DNA from: a bacterium
GTDB taxonomy: Bacteria > Sysuimicrobiota > Sysuimicrobiia > Sysuimicrobiales > Segetimicrobiaceae
NCBI GenBank assembly: GCA_035307565.1
Contig: DATGHZ010000038.1
Span: 78,899-142,898 of the forward strand
Direction: 5' to 3'
Length of the DNA stretch: 64,000 bases
Both the position numbers and the translations under genes were made by a program. Shown here piece by piece: positions 47,870 to 56,718 of the stretch. Each line of letters opens with the position of its first letter. Position 1 is the stretch's first letter. The notes under the pieces are model-generated. The model saw nothing but the letters and a program-made list of their open reading frames with translations. It did not search any database and was not told where the DNA came from.

Positions 47870-47899
47870 ATTATACGGACGCCCGGTTTCCATTGTCAA
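47870..47899 (-). promoter_or_regulatory. Sigma-70-type promoter, TTGACA-N18-TATAAT
   Basis: On the minus strand, TTGACA (47899..47894), an 18-nt spacer, then TATAAT (47875..47870). It sits about 60 nt upstream of yceD. Both hexamers match consensus exactly. Confidence 0.55.
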
Positions 47900-47920
47900 G
47901 GCGGCGCGCTGCGACACATC

Positions 47921-48373
47921 CTATGTGCCCGCGCTCGCCGTCAGATCGGACGTGCACTGCGGACACCGGCTCGCTTTGAGCGGGACGACGGAGAGGCAGT
48001 ACGGACACGGCTTCGTCGTCGGCGTCGGCTCGGGCGCCTCGCGGAACCGGTTGACGGTGCGGACGATGAGGAACATCACGAGCGCCACGAGGACGAAATC
48101 GATGACGGTGTTGATGAAGATGCCGTAGTTGACCGTCGGCGCCCCGGTGGCCTTCGCGGCGGCGAGCGACGGATACGGACCGCCGCGCAGGGCGACAAAC
48201 AGGTTCGTGAAATCGAGCCCCGCGAGCAGCAGACCGACTGGCGGCATGATCACGTCGGATACCAGCGACGTGACGACGCGGCCGAACGCCGCGCCGATGA
48301 CGACGGCGATCGCCAGATCCATGACGTTCCCGCGTGCGATGAAGGCCTTGAACTCGCGGAACAACGGGCCCAC
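47921..48373 (-). CDS. mscL: Large-conductance mechanosensitive channel with C-terminal CPxC..CPxC tail
   Basis: [24 protein letters not shown] signature and two TM segments. The C-terminus [24 protein letters not shown] is zinc-ribbon-like. The start is ambiguous: GTG at 48373 or TTG at 48364, with a GGGGG stretch upstream. ORF start 48463 is probably too long. Confidence 0.85.
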   Translation of the reverse strand: MGPLFREFKAFIARGNVMDLAIAVVIGAAFGRVVTSLVSDVIMPPVGLLLAGLDFTNLFVALRGGPYPSLAAAKATGAPTVNYGIFINTVIDFVLVALVMFLIVRTVNRFREAPEPTPTTKPCPYCLSVVPLKASRCPQCTSDLTASAGT

Positions 48374-48484
48374 CCCCTTCTGGTCCGCCGCGGCGCTTAG
48401 GAGCCGGGCGTTCGCGACGAGACCCACGCCGAGGTCGTCAGAAGGCGCCGCGTCTCGGCGCACGCCGTAGGCCCAGGCGTGACA

Positions 48485-48997
48485 TCATCCTGTCCTCGGT
48501 CGATTCGGCTTGGGCATCCGCGCGAGCCGCTCTTCCACGCCCGGCGGAATGAGGCCGGTCACGGAACCGCCGAACCCGCTCACCTCCCGGATCAGCGTCG
48601 AACTCAGGTAGGCGTACTCGGGACTCGTCATCATGAAGACCGTCTCGATCTCGGGATGCAGCCGTTTGTTCATCGCGGCCATCTTGAGCTCGAACTCGAA
48701 ATCCTCGTTCGCACGTAGACCGCGCACGATGACGCCCGCGCCGATCGCCGCGGCGAACTCGACCGTGAGGCCTTCGAAGGCGTGGATCTCGATGCCCTCC
48801 TGGCCCGACACGGCCGCGCGCAGCATCTCGACGCGGTCCTCCGCCGCGAACATCGGCGCCTTCTCGACGTTGGTAGCCACCGCCACGACGACGCGGCCCC
48901 AGAGGCGGCGCGCGCGCACGATGATGTCGAGGTGCCCGTTGTGCACCGGATCGAAACTGCCGGGGTAGAGTGCCGTGACGCGGTCGGGCGTCGTCAT
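48485..48997 (-). CDS. coaD: Phosphopantetheine adenylyltransferase
   Basis: YPGSFDPVHNGHLDI motif. The internal ATG at 48997 overlaps the rsmD stop (ATGA) and is preceded by GGAGGAGG. Confidence 0.92.
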   Translation of the reverse strand: MTTPDRVTALYPGSFDPVHNGHLDIIVRARRLWGRVVVAVATNVEKAPMFAAEDRVEMLRAAVSGQEGIEIHAFEGLTVEFAAAIGAGVIVRGLRANEDFEFELKMAAMNKRLHPEIETVFMMTSPEYAYLSSTLIREVSGFGGSVTGLIPPGVEERLARMPKPNRPRTG

Positions 48998-49572
48998 GCC
49001 TCCTCCGTCCCCTCGCCGTCCGGCCGGCCGCCGGGGGCGTAGAACCACAGCGTGGTCTCACCGTAGCGCGCGGTCCGAATGCGCGCGAGCCCGGGGACCT
49101 CACCCGGATCGTCGCGCCAGTGCCCCTCGGCGGCGATAAGGCCGCCGCCGGCAAGGACCCGGGAGGCGGCGAGGCGCCGGAGCGTCCGGGCCGTCAGATC
49201 TTGGCCGTACGGCGGGTCGAGGACGATGAGATCGAATTCGGCCGCGTCCCGCTCGAGCGCGGCGATCTCGGCCTCGACCCCGCCGCGGCGCACCTCCGCG
49301 GACTCTTGAAACCGCGCCGCCGCCAGATTCGCCCGGATCGCGGCGGCCGCCCGCGCGTCCCGCTCGACGAACACCGCGCGGATCGCTCCCCGGCTCAGCG
49401 CTTCGATCCCGAGCGCGCCGGTCCCCGCGAAGAGGTCCAGCACGCGGGCGCCGGCGAGGCGCGGCGCCAGCGAGTTGAACAGCGCGTCCTTGACGCGGTC
49501 GGCCGTCGGCCGCACGCCGGTGCGCGGGCCCCGCAGGTGCGTTCCCTTGGCGCGGCCGGCTGTGATCCGCAT
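48994..49572 (-). CDS. rsmD: 16S rRNA (guanine966-N2)-methyltransferase
   Basis: MRITAGRAKG.., LDLFAGTGALGIEALSRGA, and DPPY. The ATG at 49572 shares 1 nt with the recG stop. The rest of ORF 48994..50277 is an artefact antisense to recG. Confidence 0.88.
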   Translation of the reverse strand: MRITAGRAKGTHLRGPRTGVRPTADRVKDALFNSLAPRLAGARVLDLFAGTGALGIEALSRGAIRAVFVERDARAAAAIRANLAAARFQESAEVRRGGVEAEIAALERDAAEFDLIVLDPPYGQDLTARTLRRLAASRVLAGGGLIAAEGHWRDDPGEVPGLARIRTARYGETTLWFYAPGGRPDGEGTEEA

Positions 49573-51788
49573 CAGCCGACCCGCACGTTGTCGACGGGCG
49601 CGGCGCCGAATCGCGCCCGCAGCGCCTCGGCCACGGGCCGGGCCGCCGGCTGCCGGAGCGCGGGATCCTTCGCCAACAGCGCCGCGGCGTCCGCGCGGGC
49701 GCGTTCCAGCCACTCGCGGTCGCGGACGAGGTCGGCGATGCGGAGCTCGCCCACGCCGTGCTGGCGGAGGGCCGCGCGGCCGGTTTCGCCGAGGAGTTCG
49801 CCGATGCCGCGCAGCTCGAGGTCGCGCTGCGCGATCTTGAATCCGTCGGCCGTATCCTGCATCGCCTGGAGCCGCGCGCCGCCGTCGTCGGTCTTCGGGG
49901 CCGCGACCAGCACGCAGTAGGATGGGTGCGGACCGCGGCCCACGCGGCCGCGCAGCTGGTGGAGCTGCGACAGGCCGAACCGGTCCGCGTCCTCGATCAC
50001 CATTATGGTCGCGTTGGGCACGTCGATGCCGACTTCGATGACCGTCGTCGCCACCAGCACGTCGATCTGGCCCGCGCGGAGGTCGCGCATGATCCGGTCG
50101 CGCTCGTCCACCTTCATACGGCCGTGCAGGCACTCGACCTTCACGCCGCGGAGGGGTCCCGCGGACAGGCGCGCCGCGAGCCCCGTGGCGGTCTCGGCTT
50201 CCAGTTTCTCCGACTCGTCGATGAGCGGGCAGACGATATACGCCTGCCGTCCCTCGCGCACCCGGTCGGCGACCCACGTATAGATCTGCGGCCGGCTGGA
50301 TCCGCCGCGGACAAGGGTGCGGACCGGCGCGCGGCCGGGGGGCATTTCGTCGAGCACCGAGATGTCGAGGTCCCCGTACAGCGAGAGCGCGAGCGTGCGC
50401 GGGATGGGCGTTGCCGTCATGACGAGCACGTCGGGGCGGCTGCCTTTCGTTCTCAGCGCGGCGCGCTGCGCCACGCCGAACCGGTGCTGTTCGTCGACGA
50501 CGACGAGGCCCAGCCGCGCGAAGCGCACGTCCTCTTCGATGAGCGCGTGCGTGCCGATCACGAGATCCGCGCCGCCGTCCTGGATGAGGTCGAGCGCTTC
50601 CCGCCGCGCGGCGCGGGACTGGCCGCCGATCAGCAGCACGGTCGTGAGACCGATCGGGTCGAGCAGCGCCCGCAGCGTAAGGTAGTGCTGGCCGGCGAGG
50701 ATTTCCGTCGGCGCCATGAGCGCGCCCTGCGCGCTGCCGCCGATGCAGCGCAGGAGCGCCTCCGCGGCCACCACGGTCTTGCCCGATCCGACGTCCCCCT
50801 GGAGCAGCCGGTTCATCGGGTGCGGAGCGTTCATGTCGAAGGTGATTTCGTTCACGACGCGGCGCTGCGCCCGGGTCAGGCGGTACGGCAGCCGTGCCTC
50901 AAACTGTTCCAGCAGCGAGTCGGCATCGCCGTAGCGGATGTTCTTGGGCTCGCGCTGCCGCGCCTGCCGGTGCCGCAGCAGCAGCGTTTGAAACAGGAGC
51001 AGTTCTTCGTAGGCGAGCCGCTGCCGCGCGCTGCGCTGCGCGTCCTCGGTGTCCGGAAAGTGCAGGTCGCGCAGCGCCTGGGGGAGCGGAGGAAACGCGT
51101 ACCGGTCGCGGAGCTGGCCGGGCAGCCAGTCACGCGCGGCCGGCGCATACTCCTCGAGGGCCCGCATGACGATGGCGCGAAGCGCCCGCTGCGTGAGGCC
51201 TTCCGTCGCCGCGTAGACGGGCACGATCCGGCCGGCGTGGAGCGTGTCCTCGCCCGGCTCGAGCACTTCGAATTCGGGGGCAATCATTTGGATCTCGCCG
51301 CCCTGCCGTTGCGCGCGGCCGTGGACAATCACGCGTGCCCCCGGCGGCAGCTGCTTGGCGATGTAGCCCTGGTTGTACCAGACGGCGTGCAGCACGCCCG
51401 ACCCGTCCGTGATCGCGGCTTTGACGATGACGAAGTTGCGCCGGCGCCGCGGCCGGAACGCCTGCGCGCGGCCGACGGTCCCTTCCACGGTTTCCACGGC
51501 ACCGTGCGTGAGGTCGTAGATACGATGGAGCGTCCGGCGGTCTTCGATCCGCCTCGGCGCCCGGTACAACAGATCGGCGACGGTATGGAGGTCGAGTCCC
51601 TGTTCGAAGCGCTCCGCCTTTTGCGGTCCGACCCCGCGGAGGAACCGAATGGGGACATCGATGCTGCCGGCCGGCGGGTCAGAGCGGGCGGCGCGCGCAG
51701 GCGCCGGCGATGGCTGGGACACGGCGGCAGACTCGGACGCGGCGGCGGCGCGAACCCGAGCCCTTCCAGCGCCAGCCGCGCTAGCCAT
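49572..51788 (-). CDS. recG: ATP-dependent DNA helicase RecG
   Basis: Wedge domain followed by helicase motifs GDVGSGKT, DEQHRFG and QLRGRVGRG. It has an Ala/Ser-rich N-terminal extension of about 45 aa, so the true start could be further downstream. Confidence 0.9.
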   Translation of the reverse strand: MASAAGAGRARVRAAAASESAAVSQPSPAPARAARSDPPAGSIDVPIRFLRGVGPQKAERFEQGLDLHTVADLLYRAPRRIEDRRTLHRIYDLTHGAVETVEGTVGRAQAFRPRRRRNFVIVKAAITDGSGVLHAVWYNQGYIAKQLPPGARVIVHGRAQRQGGEIQMIAPEFEVLEPGEDTLHAGRIVPVYAATEGLTQRALRAIVMRALEEYAPAARDWLPGQLRDRYAFPPLPQALRDLHFPDTEDAQRSARQRLAYEELLLFQTLLLRHRQARQREPKNIRYGDADSLLEQFEARLPYRLTRAQRRVVNEITFDMNAPHPMNRLLQGDVGSGKTVVAAEALLRCIGGSAQGALMAPTEILAGQHYLTLRALLDPIGLTTVLLIGGQSRAARREALDLIQDGGADLVIGTHALIEEDVRFARLGLVVVDEQHRFGVAQRAALRTKGSRPDVLVMTATPIPRTLALSLYGDLDISVLDEMPPGRAPVRTLVRGGSSRPQIYTWVADRVREGRQAYIVCPLIDESEKLEAETATGLAARLSAGPLRGVKVECLHGRMKVDERDRIMRDLRAGQIDVLVATTVIEVGIDVPNATIMVIEDADRFGLSQLHQLRGRVGRGPHPSYCVLVAAPKTDDGGARLQAMQDTADGFKIAQRDLELRGIGELLGETGRAALRQHGVGELRIADLVRDREWLERARADAAALLAKDPALRQPAARPVAEALRARFGAAPVDNVRVG

Positions 51789-51862
51789 GCGCCCCGTCCT
51801 CCTGCGGCGAAGTGCGTCGTATGCCGGGACGTGCCCGGCGCTGTTGTTCTACGGACTGCCCA

Positions 51863-51892
51863 TTGCCCCTGCCGGGGGTCACGTGTTACACT
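51863..51892 (+). promoter_or_regulatory. Candidate promoter TTGCCC-N18-(TGt)TACACT for rpmB
   Basis: The hexamers were read directly, with an extended -10-like TG. A stem CCCGGCCC(51904..51911)/GGGCCGGG(51933..51940) follows, then GGAGG 8 nt before the ATG. Confidence 0.35.
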
Positions 51893-51963
51893 GTACGCCG
51901 CGTCCCGGCCCGTTCGCATCGGATCCGCGAGTGGGCCGGGGCCGGACATAGGAGGTTCTGTTC

Positions 51964-52155
51964 ATGGCACGTCGGTGCGTCATCTGCGGCAAGACGCCGC
52001 GCACAGGCAATTCGGTCAGCCACTCGCATCATAAAACCAAGCGGCGCTTCAATCCCAATCTCCAGCGGGTTCGCGCGCTGATCGGCCGGACGGCCCGCCG
52101 GGTCATGGTCTGCACGGCCTGCCTGAAGGCCGGGAAGGTGAAGCGCGCGGCCTAA
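51964..52155 (+). CDS. rpmB: 50S ribosomal protein L28 (Cys-containing form)
   Basis: [34 protein letters not shown].. is a typical L28 sequence. It has CxxC...CxxC. Confidence 0.95.
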   Translation: MARRCVICGKTPRTGNSVSHSHHKTKRRFNPNLQRVRALIGRTARRVMVCTACLKAGKVKRAA

Positions 52156-52187
52156 GCCCGCGGGCCTCCCCGCCGGGGGACGCCGGG

Positions 52188-53096
52188 CTAACTTACCGAC
52201 TCCTCCGTGCGCTTGCCGCTCCGGAGCGCGGCGATGAGCAGGCGCACTTCTTCCTCGGTCAGGACGTAGCGGTCTCCGCAGAACCGGCAGGTCACTTCCG
52301 CCCGCCCCTCCTGCCGCAAGAGAGATTCCAGCTCGTCCGCCCCCAGCACGCTCAGCATTTCTTCCACCCGCTGCCGGCTGCACCGGCACATGAAGGTTAC
52401 CGGTCCCGCGCTCGGGGCCTCCGAGGCCAGCCCGTCGAGTGCCGCCTCCAGGAGCTGCTCGGGCGTCCGCCCCGACGCGACGAGGTCGGTGATGGGCGGC
52501 AGCGCGCGTACCCGGCCCTCGATCCCCGCCACCACGGCGGGGTCGGCGCCCGGCAGCGCCTGCACACAGAGCCCGCCGGCGGCGAGCACCCGTAGGTCGC
52601 GGCCGACCAGCACGCCCAGCGCGACCGCTGACGGGACCTGTTCGGAGCGTGCGAAGTATGCGGCCAGATCTTCCGCGATCTCTCCGGAGACCAGCGGCGC
52701 GGACCCGTAGTACGGCGTGCGCATGCCGAGATTCCGCGTGACGTGCAGCGTGCCGTTGCGGCCAACCAGGCCGCCGACATCGAGTTTGTGCGCCGGCGTT
52801 GCCGGCAGATCGGCCTGCGGATTCACCATGTAACCACGGACGCGCCCCGCGGCGTCGGCCTGCGTGATAATACCTCCCGCCGGACCGTCGCCGAGCACCC
52901 GCAGCGTCACCGACTGCCCCTCTTTGAGCCCGGCGGACAGCAGCGCCGCCGCCGTCAGAGACCGGCCGAGCGCCGCCGTCGCCGTTGCCGAGGCGGCGTG
53001 GCGGATTCGTGCGTCCTCCACCGTTTCCGTCGTGACCGTCGCGACGGCCCGCACGCGTTCGCCGGCCGCCGTCGCGCGGACCAAATAGTCGCGCAT
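52188..53096 (-). CDS. hslO: Redox-regulated chaperone Hsp33
   Basis: Internal ATG at 53096 (MRDYLVRATAAGERVRAVATVTT..). C-terminal zinc centre CRCS...CRFCG. Confidence 0.9.
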   Translation of the reverse strand: MRDYLVRATAAGERVRAVATVTTETVEDARIRHAASATATAALGRSLTAAALLSAGLKEGQSVTLRVLGDGPAGGIITQADAAGRVRGYMVNPQADLPATPAHKLDVGGLVGRNGTLHVTRNLGMRTPYYGSAPLVSGEIAEDLAAYFARSEQVPSAVALGVLVGRDLRVLAAGGLCVQALPGADPAVVAGIEGRVRALPPITDLVASGRTPEQLLEAALDGLASEAPSAGPVTFMCRCSRQRVEEMLSVLGADELESLLRQEGRAEVTCRFCGDRYVLTEEEVRLLIAALRSGKRTEESVS

Positions 53097-53254
53097 GGGT
53101 GCAAGATCCTCCCCAAAGTCCTGGTGTGCGATGCCGCGCTCTATTTTGCCCGACGGGCACATCACCGGCAAAAGCCACGGGCGGCCGTCATCCGGACGAG
53201 CCGGCGCATCGGTCCCTTCATTTAATACGGACAAGGCGCGCCGGGCGTGCCCGG

Positions 53255-54067
53255 TCACCGCGGCGGTCGGGCTCCGCGGTACATCGGATTGGCCGGGCCG
53301 TGTCCGCCCCCCAGCGGCAGCGCGGCCTCGATCGCGCCGGTGACGAACGTCTTCGCCGCGAGGATCGCGCCGCGCACGTCGTCGCCGCGCGCGAGCCCTG
53401 CCGCGATCGCCGCCGAGAACACACACCCTGTCCCGTGGGTGTTCCGCGTCTCGATGCGGGCCGCCTCGAGCCGCTCGATGCGCGCCGCCGTGGCGTCGTA
53501 CATAGTATCCACGGCGGCGCCCGCGAGGTGCCCGCCCTTCACGACCACGTAGCGCGGACCAAGCGCGGCGATGCGCCGCGCGGCGTCGTCCACCCGCGCG
53601 GGCGTGTCGACCGGCGCGCCGCACAGCGCCGCGGCCTCCGGCAGATTCGGCGTGGCCACGAGCGCGAGCGGCAGAATCAGCCGGCGGAGCGCATCCACCG
53701 CGTCGGGCCGCAGCAGCACGGCCCCGCCCTTGGCGATCATCACCGGATCGACCACCAGCCGGTCGAGCCGGTGCCGGCGGATGCGGTCGGCCACGATCTC
53801 GATGATGGCGGCGCTGCTCAGCATCCCGGTCTTCGCCGCGTCGACGCCGATGTCGGCAACGACCGCGTCGATCTGGCGCGCCACCATCTCCGGCGCGATC
53901 TCGACGATGCCCGTGACATCCTTTGTATTCTGCGCCGTCACCGCGGTGATCGCGGTCATCCCGAAGACGCCCAAGGCGGAGAACGTTTTCAGATCGGCCT
54001 GAATGCCCGCCCCTCCGCCCGAATCTGAGCCGGCGATCGAAAGCGCGCGCGGAATGACCACGGCCAT
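53255..54067 (-). CDS. thiD: Hydroxymethylpyrimidine/phosphomethylpyrimidine kinase
   Basis: Internal ATG at 54067. SIAGSDSGGGAGIQADLKT signature and a C-terminal HGTGC. Confidence 0.92.
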   Translation of the reverse strand: MAVVIPRALSIAGSDSGGGAGIQADLKTFSALGVFGMTAITAVTAQNTKDVTGIVEIAPEMVARQIDAVVADIGVDAAKTGMLSSAAIIEIVADRIRRHRLDRLVVDPVMIAKGGAVLLRPDAVDALRRLILPLALVATPNLPEAAALCGAPVDTPARVDDAARRIAALGPRYVVVKGGHLAGAAVDTMYDATAARIERLEAARIETRNTHGTGCVFSAAIAAGLARGDDVRGAILAAKTFVTGAIEAALPLGGGHGPANPMYRGARPPR

Positions 54068-54071
54068 CCCT

Positions 54072-55181
54072 CTACGCGGGCGCTCGTGCGGGCGCGCCGG
54101 CGAGATGATCCCAGCCGGCCGGGCGAAGCGGCCGCCGCTCGCCCTCGGCCGTGACCACCCACCGGCCGTCGCGCTCCGCCAGCACCTCGCCAATCCGGGT
54201 GAGCGGCACGCCCGCCTCCCTGGTGACGCCGGCCGCCCGCGCCTCGAATCCCGCCGCCGCGGTGAAGAGCAGTTCGTAGTCTTCGCCGCCGCCGAGCGTC
54301 CACGTATCGGGCGCCACGCCCGCCGCCCGTGCGATCTCCGGCAGCGCCGCGGGCATGGGAAGCCGCGCGGCGTCCAGCCGCACCCCGACCGCCGACGCCT
54401 CCGCCAGGTGGAGCAAATCGCTCGCGGTGCCGTCGCTAGTGTCGATCATCGCGGTGACGAGGCCCGATGCCGCTAGCGTCCCAAGCGCCCGTCCCGCGGC
54501 GACGCGCGGCGCCGGACGGCGGTACGCGGCCTCGAGCGTATCCCGCGCGGCCACCGCCATGCCGGCGTGCTCCAGGAGAAATCGTCCCGCCACGGCCTTC
54601 CCGGTCTCCCCCGTGATCCATACGCCGTCCCCCGGCCGCGCGCCGCTGCGCAGCACGGGGTGCTCGGCATCACCGAGCAGCGTGACATCCACAGCGAGCG
54701 GCCCCGAGGTGGCGGAGACATTGCCCCCCACCACGGCGACGCCGTAGAGCCGGGCGAGTTCGGCGATCCCCGCGTAGAGTTCTTCGAGCGCGGCGGACCC
54801 GACCGAGGGCGGAACCAGGAGGGCCACGAGCGCGTGGCGCGGCACGCCGCCCATCGCCGCGATGTCGCTGAGGTTCACGGCCAGCGCGCGCCATCCCACG
54901 TCGGCCGGCGAACACAGTTCCCGCGTGAAGTGAATGCCTTCGACCTGTACGTCGCACGTCGCCAGAAGGAGCGCCGCCGGCCGCAGCACCGCGGTGTCGT
55001 CGCCGATGGCGCGTACGACCCCGGCTCCGCCGCCCGGCACGATCGTCCGCAGCCGTTCGATCAGTTCGAATTCGCCGAGCGCCGGCCCCCGGCGATCCCA
55101 CGCCGCGGCCGCCGCCGCGTCTTGCCAGGGCCGCCCGGCGCGCGCCCGCCGCCCGGCCCTGGCGTCAGACCCGCGCGGCAC
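54072..55181 (-). CDS. thiL: Thiamine-monophosphate kinase
   Basis: GEFELIERL, AIGDDTAVL, and CDVQVEGIHF (PurM-like fold). The start at 55181 overlaps the thiE end by 17 nt. The start is uncertain. Confidence 0.85.
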   Translation of the reverse strand: MPRGSDARAGRRARAGRPWQDAAAAAAWDRRGPALGEFELIERLRTIVPGGGAGVVRAIGDDTAVLRPAALLLATCDVQVEGIHFTRELCSPADVGWRALAVNLSDIAAMGGVPRHALVALLVPPSVGSAALEELYAGIAELARLYGVAVVGGNVSATSGPLAVDVTLLGDAEHPVLRSGARPGDGVWITGETGKAVAGRFLLEHAGMAVAARDTLEAAYRRPAPRVAAGRALGTLAASGLVTAMIDTSDGTASDLLHLAEASAVGVRLDAARLPMPAALPEIARAAGVAPDTWTLGGGEDYELLFTAAAGFEARAAGVTREAGVPLTRIGEVLAERDGRWVVTAEGERRPLRPAGWDHLAGAPARAPA

Positions 55182-55839
55182 GTGCCCGGTCCACCGCCTG
55201 CCGGAGGCGCCGCGTCGCCTCGGCCATGTCGTTGGCCATCGTGACGGCCGTGATGACGGCGACGCCCGCCGCCCCCGCCTGAATCACCGCCGCCGCGTTG
55301 TCGAGCGTGATGCCGCCGATCCCGACGACCGGCAGGTCGCAGGACGCCGCGATCTCGGCGAGGCGCGCCGGCCCCACCGCCGCCCCGGCATCCGCCTTGG
55401 TCGCCGTGGCATAGACGGCGCCGACGCCGAGGTAATCGGCCCCGGCCCGTGCCGCCTCCGCGGCTTCGTCGATTGTGGCGGCCGACACCCCGAGGAACGG
55501 TGAGGGGCCTAGCAGCGCCCGCGCGTCCCCCGCGGGGAGGTCATCCTGGCCGACGTGCGCGCCGTCCGCTCGGGATGCGAGGGCGACATCGACCCGATCG
55601 TTCACTACGAAGGTCACGCCCGCGGCGCGGCAGCGCGAGGCGATGAGGCGCGCGGCATCGAGGACCGCGCGCGCCGGCGCATGTTTCATCCGCAACTGCA
55701 GCGCCGTGGCCCCGCCGCGGATCGCTGCTTCGGCGATCGCGACGTGCGAGCGCCCGCGGGCCTGTTCCGGATCCGCCGTGATGACGTAGACGCGCCAATC
55801 GCCGCTTGCCGGTGTTCGGGGCCGGGGCTCTTGTGTCAC
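55165..55839 (-). CDS. thiE: Thiamine-phosphate synthase
   Basis: The GTG at 55839 overlaps the thiM stop (GTGA). VYVITAD.., ALQLRMKH, FVVNDRVDVAL, and VVGIGGI. Confidence 0.9.
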   Translation of the reverse strand: MTQEPRPRTPASGDWRVYVITADPEQARGRSHVAIAEAAIRGGATALQLRMKHAPARAVLDAARLIASRCRAAGVTFVVNDRVDVALASRADGAHVGQDDLPAGDARALLGPSPFLGVSAATIDEAAEAARAGADYLGVGAVYATATKADAGAAVGPARLAEIAASCDLPVVGIGGITLDNAAAVIQAGAAGVAVITAVTMANDMAEATRRLRQAVDRARAARV

Positions 55840-56708
55840 GCGCGGCCCGCGGCGCCCGCGGGCGTGACCGTCTCCGCGCGCCAGGCACCGCGCGCGGCGA
55901 CATCCGCCGGACTCAGCGCCGCGAGCGCGTCCAGAAGCGCCACGCGGAACGATCCGGGCCCCGCGGCGAGGGCCGCGGCGCGTTCGGCCGCGATCTCGAA
56001 ACAGGCCAGGCCGGCCACCGCCGCGGCGAGGGGATCCGCCTCCACCGCGGCACACGCGCCGATACAGGCCGTCGCCATGCAGCCGGCGCCGGTGATCGCG
56101 CGCAGCAGCGGATGCCCGTGCGCCAACCGGACGAGGCGCGCACCGTCGGTTAGGACGTCGACGGCCGCCGTCGCGGCCACGGCGCACCCGAGCCGTACGG
56201 CCAGCGCGGCGGCCAAAGCCGCCTCCGCGTCCGCGGCCGCCGGTCGCGGGCCGGCGGCGCCGGCCGCATCGACGCCGCGCACCGTTCCGGACTGGCCGGC
56301 GAGCGCCGCGATCTCTCCGGCGTTTCCGCGAACGCAGGCGATCCGCGCGCCGGCGAGCAGCCGTTCGGCCTGAGCTGTGCGAAACGGGGTCGCGCCGGCC
56401 CCGACCGGATCCAGAACGACGGGAATGCCGGCGGTGTTGGCGCGCCGCGCGGCGCGCAGCATCGCCTCCACCACGGCGGCCGTGAGCGTCCCGATGTTGA
56501 GGACGAGGGCCTGCGCCTGCGCCACCATGTCTTCGACCTCTTCGGGCGCGTGCGCCATGACCGGTGCGGCGCCGATCGCGAGTGTGGCGTTGGCCACGTC
56601 GTTCTGCGTCACCGTGTTGGTGATGTGGTGGATGAGCGGCCGGGCCTCGCGGACGCGCGCGAGAATCGCCGCCGCGGCCGCGGGGGTGAGCGTACCGGCC
56701 GGCGCCAC
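55836..56708 (-). CDS. thiM: Hydroxyethylthiazole kinase
   Basis: PLIHHITNTVTQNDVANATLAIGAAPVMA, VLNIGTL, and ITGAGCM blocks. Confidence 0.9.
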   Translation of the reverse strand: MAPAGTLTPAAAAAILARVREARPLIHHITNTVTQNDVANATLAIGAAPVMAHAPEEVEDMVAQAQALVLNIGTLTAAVVEAMLRAARRANTAGIPVVLDPVGAGATPFRTAQAERLLAGARIACVRGNAGEIAALAGQSGTVRGVDAAGAAGPRPAAADAEAALAAALAVRLGCAVAATAAVDVLTDGARLVRLAHGHPLLRAITGAGCMATACIGACAAVEADPLAAAVAGLACFEIAAERAAALAAGPGSFRVALLDALAALSPADVAARGAWRAETVTPAGAAGRA

Positions 56709-56718
56709 GGACGCGGAC

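Noticed and set aside
52156-52187. Bidirectional terminator between rpmB and hslO
   Set aside because: There is a GCCCGCGGGC palindrome and CCCCG/CGGGG pairing but no T/A tracts on either strand. It is too weak to call.
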